Shown here one piece after another: positions 9,704-19,317 of a stretch of DNA of 64,000 bases. Made by a program: the position numbers and the translations under genes. Below the pieces are notes generated by a model. It ran no database searches and was not told the origin of the DNA. It worked only from the letters and a program-made list of their open reading frames with translations. The stretch covers positions 160,001 to 224,000 of the forward strand of contig CBEVQO010000004.1 of assembly GCA_965552055.1 (NCBI GenBank). Direction: 5' to 3'. Source of the stretch: an uncultured bacterium (GTDB taxonomy: Bacteria > Hydrothermota > UBA3073 > NMUJ01 > CBEVQO01). The first letter of the stretch is position 1; each line of letters starts with the position of its first letter.

Positions 9704-11570
9704 GTCGCTCTAACTGAGCCTTTGCTCTTTCTATTGCCTTTTTGGCTTTCTCATTGGTCGGGTCAATTTCGAGAACTTTTTTCCACCAGTAGATTGCTTC
9801 TTCGAAATCATCTTTTGTATAAGCGGATATTCCCTTTAGGTAATATTCTCTGATTTTTTCTGCCGATATTTTCTTTCTTTTTGTTTTTATTCTGTTTATA
9901 TAATTTTTCGCAGTAATGTTTTGTGGGTCGAGTCTCAACACTGCACTAAATGCAGCTTCTGCTTCGTCATATTTACCTTCGCCATATAATCTGATGCCTT
10001 CATTTGTTTTCTCTTTGATTATTTTACTTCTTTCTGCATAAATCTGATTTTTTATTTCCTTTACTTCGGGGTCTTCTGGTGCCAGTTCCTCTGCTTTTTT
10101 GATTTTGGAGAGAGCAAGATTTATATTTCCTTCTGATAAGTATTTTCTTGCTTCATTTTTATATGATGTTATAAGTTTCTGTAAAGCTTCTTTTGCTTTT
10201 TTAATTCCTTCTTTTGCGGGTTCGAAATCTGGTTGTTTTTTAAGCAATTCCTGCCATTCTTTGATTGCAAGTTCATATTGTCCCTGTGTATAATAGGTTA
10301 TAGCCTTTTGATGTCTTATTTGTATTTCAAGTGAAAATGCTTCTGTTTGTTTCTTTAATGCCCTGTTTGTTTCGTCCAGTAATTTCTTTGCTTCTTCATT
10401 TTCAGGGTCTATTTCCAGCACCGATGCAAACTCTTTAGCAGCTTTCAGGTATTCACCTGCGTTATAAAGAGCCTTGCCATGCTCTAACATTGCTTTTATC
10501 TTTCTTCTCCTTGTTTCTTCAATTATTTCTTTTAATTTTTCGCTTGCTTCTTTAAAATCGGGCACATATAACAGTGCTAAAGTGAACTGCTGACGGGCAC
10601 CTTCGAGGTCACCTTTCTGTAATAATGATAACCCTGTCTCATAAAACATTCGTGCAGCTTTCAGATACATTTCTTCTTCTCTTTTTTGTATAAGTGCTAT
10701 GAGATGCTCGGGTGGAGTTGGGGTTATTATCAAATCGAAGCGATGTATCAAGCCGAGCTGAGGATGACCAACCGGAACATAGTTTAGCCCAGAGTTTACC
10801 CTTTTGAATCCGAATCCTGCATAGATTTTAAATCTGTCGGTCCCGAATCCATACAAATCGGAATTCTCTTTGCCTGCGAAAATATATTTAAGACCGCATC
10901 TGAGGAAGAATGTATTTGCGATGTTAAATTCCTGAAAAAGTCCGAAGTCAGGGGGTGCATCTGCATAGAAATTAAATCCCAATCCAACATCCATCGATGT
11001 ATTTTGTGATTTAATGACATCAGGATAAAGAATCCCCATTGCGACTGTAAGTGCACTTCCTGCACCGATGTTTAAAATAGAGGCACCTATTTGCCATGTC
11101 CTGTCATAAATAAAGCCAATATCAAAGTAAGGATACCATAGTGAGACATCTTCATCAGTGCCAACGGTGTTAAAGTTCAACAGTTTAAAAGCTAACCCAA
11201 AAGAGCCAAGTTTTAATTTCTTTGAATAAGCACCATATAGCAATAGGTAAAATAAGTTATACTTTTCCTCCGGTAAACCTGGTGAGTAAGCAAGAGGTAT
11301 GCCCAAAGCTCCGAATCCTGCTATTCCCCATCCTATTGTGCCATATTTAGAAGGATGAGCACCACCTCCGCACAATATGTGAGCGCCCCACCATTTTGAA
11401 TAGGATACCAGATATTCTGAATAGTTGCAGTAAGATAACCCGGCAGGATTGAAGAACAATGCATATATTCCGTTGTGACCGATGCCATAAAATCCACCTG
11501 TGGATAAAAATTGCGCTGTACCTGTAACCCTGTTAAATGCAAAGAAACTCGAAATTAAAAATACCAGCAT
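9693..11570 (-). CDS. PorV/PorQ-like outer-membrane barrel fused to long TPR array
   Basis: LFFNPAGLS motif and beta-strand pattern ending LGLIHRFDL, then multiple TPRs; ATG at 11570 follows GGAGG. Confidence 0.7.
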   Translation of the reverse strand: MLVFLISSFFAFNRVTGTAQFLSTGGFYGIGHNGIYALFFNPAGLSYCNYSEYLVSYSKWWGAHILCGGGAHPSKYGTIGWGIAGFGALGIPLAYSPGLPEEKYNLFYLLLYGAYSKKLKLGSFGLAFKLLNFNTVGTDEDVSLWYPYFDIGFIYDRTWQIGASILNIGAGSALTVAMGILYPDVIKSQNTSMDVGLGFNFYADAPPDFGLFQEFNIANTFFLRCGLKYIFAGKENSDLYGFGTDRFKIYAGFGFKRVNSGLNYVPVGHPQLGLIHRFDLIITPTPPEHLIALIQKREEEMYLKAARMFYETGLSLLQKGDLEGARQQFTLALLYVPDFKEASEKLKEIIEETRRRKIKAMLEHGKALYNAGEYLKAAKEFASVLEIDPENEEAKKLLDETNRALKKQTEAFSLEIQIRHQKAITYYTQGQYELAIKEWQELLKKQPDFEPAKEGIKKAKEALQKLITSYKNEARKYLSEGNINLALSKIKKAEELAPEDPEVKEIKNQIYAERSKIIKEKTNEGIRLYGEGKYDEAEAAFSAVLRLDPQNITAKNYINRIKTKRKKISAEKIREYYLKGISAYTKDDFEEAIYWWKKVLEIDPTNEKAKKAIERAKAQLERLKE

Positions 11571-11647
11571 AACCACCTCCTTAATTATCTTTATTCATTT
11601 TCTGGAAAAGTCAAGTAAAATTTTTTAAATTTTTATCAAATTTTATC

Positions 11648-12823
11648 TTATTTATCATGTAATTTTTTGCGTAAGATGAGGTGGGTTCCTTTTCCGAGTG
11701 TGATGCCCGGGTGTGGCTTTTCGGGTGCTGGTTTTATCTCTATTTCATCGAAAATTTTCTTGAGATAATAAAGCCCTCCTTTCTTTGAGAAAGCAGTTTC
11801 TTTTGAAAGTCCCACGCCGTAATCAATAATGTTTAAAGATAAAGTATTGTCCTCTTTTGTAAAACTCACTTCAACTATTCCTTCTTTTCTTCCTTCGTAT
11901 GCATAGGTTATAACATTTGCCATTATTTCTTTTGCGATAAATTCAAGAACTCCTCTATCAATCTCTTCCTCTGGAACTTTTGCTTCTTCGTAAAACACTT
12001 TTTCAAGGAACTTGAAGAAAGCAGGTGTAAAACTTTCTTCTGCTGGCAATGTCAAAGTTTGGGCTATCTTTGCTTCTCTTATAAATGGACTTATTTTCCT
12101 TATCGCAGAAAATATCTCGTCTTCCTCAACCAGGTCAGCAAGTATTCTCAGCCACCATTTATCGTCGGGTATTTTTCTCAACAGTATCTCCTGTTGCTCT
12201 TTTAATACATTGTAAAGGTCTTTTGATATTAAATTTTGTGTATAAAGTTCATCAAGATTTTCGAATCTTTCGAGCAATTCGTTTATTCCGAGCAATTCAA
12301 TCGTTTTTTTGATATGCCTGTTTGGCATAGAGAAATATGCGAAATTTTCTTTTTTCTTTTCAAATAATGTAAGCAATGCAAGTCCTCTCGAGCTTATATA
12401 GCGCAAAGTGTTTATCAAAATCACATAATTATATTTTCTATCGAAGCATTTCAATTTTATAATGCGGGTGATGTCTTCTGCAGGGATTGTATCCATAGAG
12501 CCCGAGAATATAATTCCCCAGGTATTTCTTTTTTCATCGTAATTTAAAAGTGTTCTCAGGGAGCCAAAAACCCTTTCTTCTGTGATTACAGGTGTTTCTC
12601 CCCATCTGTAAGGCAATACACTTGGTTTTTCCTCAATAGAAGGTGGTTTAGATGTCTCTTTTTTTAGCCACTCATCGATAAGGTCTTTTGGAAATCTCCA
12701 GCTTCCTCCTATCTTTTTCGCCGGAATTTCTCCTGCTTTCACTTTCCTGTAAATGGTAATCTCACTTAAACCAAGATATTCCGCAAGTTCCCTTACCGTT
12801 AAAAGCTTTTTCTCTTCCATCAT
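11648..12823 (-). CDS. HTH_17 + STAS + RsbW-like HATPase fusion regulator
   Basis: LTVRELAEYL...IPAKKIGGSWRF HTH; STAS-like YISSRGLALL; kinase boxes EIMANVITYAY, DYGVG, GGL and GTHLILRK. Confidence 0.78.
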   Translation of the reverse strand: MMEEKKLLTVRELAEYLGLSEITIYRKVKAGEIPAKKIGGSWRFPKDLIDEWLKKETSKPPSIEEKPSVLPYRWGETPVITEERVFGSLRTLLNYDEKRNTWGIIFSGSMDTIPAEDITRIIKLKCFDRKYNYVILINTLRYISSRGLALLTLFEKKKENFAYFSMPNRHIKKTIELLGINELLERFENLDELYTQNLISKDLYNVLKEQQEILLRKIPDDKWWLRILADLVEEDEIFSAIRKISPFIREAKIAQTLTLPAEESFTPAFFKFLEKVFYEEAKVPEEEIDRGVLEFIAKEIMANVITYAYEGRKEGIVEVSFTKEDNTLSLNIIDYGVGLSKETAFSKKGGLYYLKKIFDEIEIKPAPEKPHPGITLGKGTHLILRKKLHDK

Positions 12824-12825
12824 TA

Positions 12826-12853
12826 ATTATACTTAAAATTTTAAATTTGTCAA
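12826..12853 (-). promoter_or_regulatory. sigma70-like promoter TTGACA-N16-TATAAT
   Basis: Consensus boxes directly upstream of the ATG ATG at 12823/12820. Confidence 0.65.
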
Positions 12854-12865
12854 CACTTTTTTATC

Positions 12866-12892
12866 TTGACAATTTTAATTTTCATTTAAAAT
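12866..12892 (+). promoter_or_regulatory. sigma70-like promoter TTGACA-N15-TAAAAT
   Basis: ATG at 12898 lies 5 nt after the -10 box; no Shine-Dalgarno. Confidence 0.65.
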
Positions 12893-12897
12893 AAATT

Positions 12898-13851
12898 ATG
12901 AAAATCTCTATTCCAAAGGGCTTACTTTACTATAAATATTTCCCGATGTGGAAAGTATTTTTTGAAGAACTTGGATTTGATGTGATGACATCAAGGGATA
13001 CATCCAAGAAGATTATGGAAAGCGGACTTAAAATAGCGAACGATGAATTATGTTTGCCTGTAAAGATATTTCACGGTCATGTTGCAGATGTTAAAGATAA
13101 ATCGGATTATATTTTTATTCCAAGGATTATAAATATGCGAAAAGGAAAAAATTTTTTCACATGTCCCAAGCTGATGGGCTTACCCGATATGATAAAGGGA
13201 TGTTTTGATGATATTTCTCACAGATTGCTTGAGCCCGATATAAATTTGGCAAAAGAACCGCTTGAAAAAACTTTTATAAAACTGGGGAAGAAATTGGGGG
13301 AAAAAGAAAAAGCAAAGAAAGCGATTAAGAGGGCAATGAAAGCACAAAAAGATTTCGAAAAATTACTGGAAAAGGGATACATGTTCGAAGAAGCGCTCAA
13401 TATTTTATTCAAAGGAGAAAAAGTTAAAAGAAGGGAAAGAAGATTTAAAAAGAGGGTAGGTATAATCGGGCATTCTTATATTGTGTTTGATAAATTTTTG
13501 AATTTAAATTTATTTGAAAAACTTGAGAAACTCGAAGTCGATTACATTACAATGTATAATTTGCCTTTTTCTTTTCTTGATTTTGAGGATGATTATTGGA
13601 ATGTTGCATGGATTTACGAAAGAGAAATCATAGGAGCTGTGAAATATTTTATTGAAAAAGAGAAAGTTGATGGTATTATTTATCTTTTAAGTTTTGGTTG
13701 TGGCACAGCGATAGTCGTTCGTGAGATTATAATGAGGGATGTTATAAAGGGCGCAAATATACCTTTTTTGCCGCTTATACTCGATGAGCATACAGGAGAG
13801 GCAGGTTTTATGACGCGTCTGGAATCTTTTTGTGATATACTCAAAAAATGA
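12898..13851 (+). CDS. Acyl-CoA dehydratase activase-related protein (DUF2229-like)
   Basis: ELCLPVKIFHGH, CPKLMGLPD, SFGCG and LDEHTGEAGFMTRLE. Confidence 0.85.
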   Translation: MKISIPKGLLYYKYFPMWKVFFEELGFDVMTSRDTSKKIMESGLKIANDELCLPVKIFHGHVADVKDKSDYIFIPRIINMRKGKNFFTCPKLMGLPDMIKGCFDDISHRLLEPDINLAKEPLEKTFIKLGKKLGEKEKAKKAIKRAMKAQKDFEKLLEKGYMFEEALNILFKGEKVKRRERRFKKRVGIIGHSYIVFDKFLNLNLFEKLEKLEVDYITMYNLPFSFLDFEDDYWNVAWIYEREIIGAVKYFIEKEKVDGIIYLLSFGCGTAIVVREIIMRDVIKGANIPFLPLILDEHTGEAGFMTRLESFCDILKK

Positions 13852-14951
13852 GGGTAGCTTTTCCACATATGGGCAATCTATATATTCCTTTGACTTCGCT
13901 TCTTGAAAATCTGGGCTGTGAAGTAAAATTACCCCCTAGACCTTCTCGCAAAAGCATAGAACTTGGGGTAAAATATTCACCTGAATGGATGTGCTTTCCA
14001 TACAAGGCGAATCTCGGTGATTTAATACTTGCTCTTCAAAATGGTGCGGATACTCTTTTATCGGTAAAAGGTGATTGGGCTTGTAGATTCGGGTATTACG
14101 GAAGATTGCATCATAAGACATTGAGAGATATGGGGTTTAAGTTCGAAAGTATAATAATAGGTAAAAATAGTGTGATGTATGTGATAAACAAAGTCAAAAA
14201 GTTAAAAAAAGGAAGTTTAACAAAAACGATTCTCCACATGATAAGGGGTTTCTGGATGTGCTGGAAGAAATCGAAACTTGTGGATTTAACGGAGAGATTA
14301 GCGAGAAAATATCGCCCGTATGCAAAAAACAAAAAGGATGTGGAGAGGGTTCTGAATAAATGTTTAAGATGGATATATAAAGAGAAGACCTTATCAGGGC
14401 TTGATCGTTTGAGAAAGAAAATAATTAAGGAGTTCGAAAAGATAGAATGTGACTGGGGGAAAGAGGTTTTAAAGGTTAAGCTGGTTGGTGAAACTTATAT
14501 CGTCATAGAGCCTGCTGTTAATTTTGATATAGAGCGTCGTTTGGGTGAAATGGGGGTATATGTTGAGCCATTTTTAACGATACATAAGTGGATATGGCAT
14601 CCTTTTCACATTGGTCTTGGTGGTAGGCGTGGTGAGCGTGCTGCACGCAGAGTTGCCAGAAAATACCTGAAACATTGTATAGGAGGAGAAGAACAGTTAT
14701 CCATAGGGTATACGATATTTGCTGCGAAAGACGGATTTGATGGCGTTATACATTTGTATCCTTTTACCTGCATGACAGAAAATGTTGCAAAAGAAATCTT
14801 GCCAAAACTCCAGAAGGAATATAATATACCTGTGATGAGTATCACGATCGACGAGCATACGGGTGAGGCTGGTTTTATATCAAGGATAGAAGCTTTTGTT
14901 GACCTTTTAAAAGCAAGGAGGAAAAATGCGAATACTGGTAGCAGATGCTGA
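13848..14951 (+). CDS. 2-hydroxyacyl-CoA dehydratase-like / CoA activase-associated protein
   Basis: FPHMG, CFPYK, ACRFGYY, PFTCM and IDEHTGEAGFISRIEAF. Confidence 0.82.
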   Translation: MRVAFPHMGNLYIPLTSLLENLGCEVKLPPRPSRKSIELGVKYSPEWMCFPYKANLGDLILALQNGADTLLSVKGDWACRFGYYGRLHHKTLRDMGFKFESIIIGKNSVMYVINKVKKLKKGSLTKTILHMIRGFWMCWKKSKLVDLTERLARKYRPYAKNKKDVERVLNKCLRWIYKEKTLSGLDRLRKKIIKEFEKIECDWGKEVLKVKLVGETYIVIEPAVNFDIERRLGEMGVYVEPFLTIHKWIWHPFHIGLGGRRGERAARRVARKYLKHCIGGEEQLSIGYTIFAAKDGFDGVIHLYPFTCMTENVAKEILPKLQKEYNIPVMSITIDEHTGEAGFISRIEAFVDLLKARRKNANTGSRC

Positions 14952-16563
14952 CCATTTTACACTAAAGCAGATGAAAAAAATATTAACAGAAGAAGGATAT
15001 GATGTAGAAACTGTTACAACTGGCGAAGAGGCAATAGAAATGATAAAAAAGGGTGAATTCGAACTGATAATCCTTGGTGTGTTGCTCGGCGATGACATGG
15101 ATGGTTTTACAGTGCTAAGGGAGATAAGGAAAACTTTGAAGAAGGAAATACCTGTTATGGCGATTGGAAGAAGGGACCAGGGAGAAGAGCTTAATGATAT
15201 GCGAAGTGTCGGTGCAAAAGAGTTTATGTTCAAACCAATAGATGAAAAAACACTCCTCCAGAGGATAAAAAAATTGGTAGGAACAGTGGAAAAGAAAGTA
15301 GAAGCGAAAAAATATGATGAAATAGTGAAAAAAGCCAGAGAATATCTGGAAGAAGAAATAAAAACAGGAACAGAGATAATTGTAAAAGTAACAGAGGATG
15401 AGTTGATAGCTTATGGATACATTAAACAAATAGGAAATAAGTTTGAAATTACAGTGGAAGACCTTAAAAGAGCACTGGAAGAAAAGGGCGTAATTCTTAT
15501 AGATGAGGATATTTTGAAAGATATAGTTGAGAAAAGGAGGGTGAACGAACCTTTGATATTCGCAAAGGCAATATTGCCCGAAATTGCAGAAAGTGCAGTT
15601 GAGTTTCGTTTTGATATTAAAAAAGAAGGCTTTGAATTTGAAAAAGTAAAAGCAGGGACAGTTCTTTGCAAACATATTACGCGTGGAGAAGTAAAAGCAG
15701 GTAGAACTGTAAGGGGTAAAGTATTAACTGCTCCTGCACCCCATATGGCTGCCATGCCTCAGCCCGGCGAAAATGTATATTATAGTGAAAAGAAAGGTGA
15801 ATTGATAGCAGAAGTAGATGGCGAAATTTATTATGATGGCAAAAAGATAAATGTTTTTCCGATAGAAGAAATAGCACAGGATTTAAAGCCATCAATGGGT
15901 GAAGTGACATCAGAAGGCACTTTGCATTTAAAAGGCAACATACATGCGAATGTGAGAATAAAAGCTAAAGGTAGTGTTTTGTGCAATGGCTGTTGTGATG
16001 CAGCAGAGATAAAGGCAGGTGGTAAAGTTTTTATTCAGGGCGGATTTTTCGGAAGAGGAAAGGGCAAAATAGAAAGTAACGGCGATGTATTTGTCTCAAA
16101 AGCAGAAAATGCCGAAATAAAAAGCAAAGGAAATCTTTATTGCAGTGAAAAACTGGAAGAATGTAGAATCGCAGTTGAAGGAAAAGTGCAAATTGAAGAT
16201 GGTATGATAATCGGTGGCGTAATAAAAGCAGCGGAAATTATCGCAAAAAATATAGGAACACCTTTTGAAACACCAACAGAAATAATATTGACAGGAAAAG
16301 GTATATTAACAGAAATTGAAGAAGCTTTAAACGAATTAAAGAAAGAGAAAAAGCCCGAATTAAGGGGAATACAGACACATCTCGAGAATATAAAATCGAA
16401 GCTTTCGCAAAAAATGCCTTGTCGAATTGTATGTAAGGGAAATCTTTATCCCGGTGTAGTCATAAAATATTTTGGAGAAGAGTTAAAAGTAGATAATGTC
16501 TTGACAAATTGTGAAATTAAGGTAGAAGAAGGCAGGTTAAAAATTGTAAAGGGGGCAAAATGA
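14926..16563 (+). CDS. Receiver domain (atypical) fused to FapA/DUF342 domain
   Basis: REC fold (ILVAD...MDGF...FKP) followed by DUF342-like GRTVRGK, AEVDG, beta-helix repeats, IIGG and LYPGV. Confidence 0.78.
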   Translation: MRILVADADHFTLKQMKKILTEEGYDVETVTTGEEAIEMIKKGEFELIILGVLLGDDMDGFTVLREIRKTLKKEIPVMAIGRRDQGEELNDMRSVGAKEFMFKPIDEKTLLQRIKKLVGTVEKKVEAKKYDEIVKKAREYLEEEIKTGTEIIVKVTEDELIAYGYIKQIGNKFEITVEDLKRALEEKGVILIDEDILKDIVEKRRVNEPLIFAKAILPEIAESAVEFRFDIKKEGFEFEKVKAGTVLCKHITRGEVKAGRTVRGKVLTAPAPHMAAMPQPGENVYYSEKKGELIAEVDGEIYYDGKKINVFPIEEIAQDLKPSMGEVTSEGTLHLKGNIHANVRIKAKGSVLCNGCCDAAEIKAGGKVFIQGGFFGRGKGKIESNGDVFVSKAENAEIKSKGNLYCSEKLEECRIAVEGKVQIEDGMIIGGVIKAAEIIAKNIGTPFETPTEIILTGKGILTEIEEALNELKKEKKPELRGIQTHLENIKSKLSQKMPCRIVCKGNLYPGVVIKYFGEELKVDNVLTNCEIKVEEGRLKIVKGAK

Positions 16564-17990
16564 AAGAATTTCTAGAATCTGCACTTGATGAAATGAAATT
16601 TCAAAAAGTTGATTACGGCGATATAAGAATAGTTAATCGAATTTATCAGTATATTGTGTATTGCGATGGCAAAGTGGATAATGTTTCGTATGGTGAAGAT
16701 TTAGGCTTCGGGATAAGGGTTTTGAAAGGAGGATGCTGGGGATTTTCTGCGTCATCTTCTCTCACAAAAGATGAGGTTATAAAAGCAGTGAGAAAGGCAG
16801 TAAAAATAGCAGAAGAATCGGCTCGTTTTAAAAAAGAGGATATAAGACTTGCAGAAGCAGAAATCGTCAAAGGCAAATATAAAACAGAAATAGAAGAAGA
16901 CCCGTTTAAAGTTTCACTGGAAGAGAAAATAAATTTACTGGCAGAAACCGACGAAATAATGCATAAAGTAAAAGGGATAAGGACAACACGCAATCATTTA
17001 TTTTTTAAGAAGGAACATAAATTTTTTTCATCAACAGAGGGAACAGAAATTGAGCAAGAGATTTATCAATCAGGTGGTAGAATATCGGCTACTGCTGTTA
17101 AAGATGGGCTAACAGGAGAGAGGTCGTATGAAGGCACCGGTGGGAAGACCTGCGGTTATGAACTTATAAGGAGATTGAATTTGAAAGAAGAAGCACAAAG
17201 AGTTGCAGAAGAAGCAGTCGCACTATTGTCTGCAAAAGAATGTCCAGAGGGAGAGATGGATGTAATTCTTGATGGCTCTACAGTAGCTCTTACAGTGCAC
17301 GAAACAGTGGGTCATCCAACAGAGCTGGACAGGGTTTTTGGTTATGAAGTGAGTCTGGCTGGCACAACCTATTTAACACCCGACAAACTTGGGAAATTTA
17401 AATTCGCATCGGAAATTGTAAATATTGTGCAGGATGCAACAGCAAAAGGCGGACTTGGAACTTTTGGATATGACGATGAAGGAATCCCAGCCCAAAAAAC
17501 ATATCTTATAAAAGACGGAATTTTTGCAGGATATTTGATGTCAAGGGAAACGGCTATAAAACTTGGTTTAAAGAGCAATGGCACGATGCGAGCAGATGGA
17601 TGGTCGAGAATTCCTTTGATTAGAATGACAAATATAAATTTGCTACCTGGAAACTGGGAGCTTGAGGATTTAATAAAGGATACAAAAGATGGAATTTATC
17701 TCGTTACTGCTACATCTCCGAGCATCGATGATAAGCGTCTTAATTTTTCGATTTCAGCAGAAATTGGCTGGAGAATAAGGAATGGCAAATTATGTGAAAT
17801 GATAAGGCGTCCTTTTTATGGTGGTATATCTTATGAGGTATGGCGCAAATGTGATGCTATCTGCAACGAAAAATACTGGGATATATGGGGAATATGGGGA
17901 TGTGGTAAAGGCGACCCAATGCAGGAGATGCAGGTTGGGCATGGTGCTTCACCTTTGAGATTTCGCAAAGTAAAAGTCGGGAAGAAATAA
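16560..17990 (+). CDS. tldD: TldD-family metalloprotease
   Basis: GIRVL, HETVGHPTELD, YDDEG, RMTN and GCGKG. Confidence 0.9.
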   Translation: MKEFLESALDEMKFQKVDYGDIRIVNRIYQYIVYCDGKVDNVSYGEDLGFGIRVLKGGCWGFSASSSLTKDEVIKAVRKAVKIAEESARFKKEDIRLAEAEIVKGKYKTEIEEDPFKVSLEEKINLLAETDEIMHKVKGIRTTRNHLFFKKEHKFFSSTEGTEIEQEIYQSGGRISATAVKDGLTGERSYEGTGGKTCGYELIRRLNLKEEAQRVAEEAVALLSAKECPEGEMDVILDGSTVALTVHETVGHPTELDRVFGYEVSLAGTTYLTPDKLGKFKFASEIVNIVQDATAKGGLGTFGYDDEGIPAQKTYLIKDGIFAGYLMSRETAIKLGLKSNGTMRADGWSRIPLIRMTNINLLPGNWELEDLIKDTKDGIYLVTATSPSIDDKRLNFSISAEIGWRIRNGKLCEMIRRPFYGGISYEVWRKCDAICNEKYWDIWGIWGCGKGDPMQEMQVGHGASPLRFRKVKVGKK

Positions 17991-17999
17991 GGAGGAGAG

Positions 18000-19316
18000 A
18001 TGCTCAAAATGTCAAATTTAAAAGATTTGGCGGATAAAAACTTAAAAGAAGTAAAAGCAGATTGTGAGATAACTTTAAGCAGTTATTTCCATGGTACCAC
18101 TCGCTTTGCGGAATCACAGATACATCAAAATATGGATGTATTGGAAAATGATTGCATTGTGCGGATAGTGAAAGATAAAAAAATAGGGATATCCGGAACA
18201 ACTTTTGGTGACGAACAAAAAATAAAAAATTGTATAAAAAGAGCAGAAGAGATAGCAAAATTTTCTTACGAAGATAAGGATTTTGTGAAATTACCGGATG
18301 AAAAAGGAATAGAATACGATGAAGAAATAAAAGAAATGTCTCCAGAAGAAAGAGCAGAGGCAGTTTCTAAAATTTTTGATGTTGCACGAAAATATGATTT
18401 ATGTTGTGCAGGTGTAATTCACACTATTTCCGGCAGAAAAGTTATAGCGAATACCTTGGGATTGAGAAGCGCAGGTGCAGAAGCCTATGTAACAGGTACA
18501 ATAACAATGATGACAGAAAATAGTTCGGGATACGCAATATTCGGTGCCAAGAATTTGAATGAAATAGATTTTGAAAAAGAAGCAGAAATATCTGCACAAA
18601 AAGCAATGTTATCGAGTAATCCTAAAGATTTTAAACCCGGGAAATATGTTGTTCTGCTTGAAGAGCCAGCAGTAGCAGAGATACTCGTGTTTTTGTCGCA
18701 TCTTGGATTTAGTGCAAGGGATTTTGAAGAAGGACGCAGTTTTATGTGCGATAAAATCGGTAAAAAGATAACAGGCGATAATGTTACGATTTACGATGAT
18801 GTAAATCATCCTCTACAAATTGGATTGAAATTTGATAGAGAAGGCGTTCCCAAACAAAAAGTTACTTTAATAGAAAATGGAGTGGCAAAATCCGTTGTAT
18901 ACGATTCTTATTATGCTTATAAATCGGGTAAGAAACCAACAGGACATTGTGCATGGCAAAGATATCCTTATCCTATGAATCTTGTAATGAAAGGAGGTGA
19001 AACAAAAAGAGAAGATTTGATAAAAAAGATAGACGAAGGAATCCTTATAACAAGGACCTGGTATTGCAGAGTAGTAGACCCCGATAAAACCCTGATAACC
19101 GGTATGACCCGTGATGGCACATTTTACATAAAAAACGGCGAAATAAAATATGGAATAAAAAACATGAGGTTTACAATAAACATTCTCGAAACATTTAAAA
19201 ATATAATAGCTGTATCTCGAGAACAAAAAGCAATTGTCTCTGAGTATGGCGGAGTGTATGTTGTGCCAGCATTGCTGATAAAAGATTTTAATTTTGAAAG
19301 TGCAACTCATTACTGA
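18000..19316 (+). CDS. TldE/PmbA-family protein
   Basis: TRFAESQIHQN, FDREG, TGH and TGMTRDG; no HExxxH; adjacent to tldD. Confidence 0.88.
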   Translation: MLKMSNLKDLADKNLKEVKADCEITLSSYFHGTTRFAESQIHQNMDVLENDCIVRIVKDKKIGISGTTFGDEQKIKNCIKRAEEIAKFSYEDKDFVKLPDEKGIEYDEEIKEMSPEERAEAVSKIFDVARKYDLCCAGVIHTISGRKVIANTLGLRSAGAEAYVTGTITMMTENSSGYAIFGAKNLNEIDFEKEAEISAQKAMLSSNPKDFKPGKYVVLLEEPAVAEILVFLSHLGFSARDFEEGRSFMCDKIGKKITGDNVTIYDDVNHPLQIGLKFDREGVPKQKVTLIENGVAKSVVYDSYYAYKSGKKPTGHCAWQRYPYPMNLVMKGGETKREDLIKKIDEGILITRTWYCRVVDPDKTLITGMTRDGTFYIKNGEIKYGIKNMRFTINILETFKNIIAVSREQKAIVSEYGGVYVVPALLIKDFNFESATHY

Positions 19317-19317
19317 A

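Noticed and set aside
16560..19316. TldD/TldE as part of a RiPP cluster
   Set aside because: No precursor, YcaO or transporter nearby; these genes are widespread housekeeping proteases.
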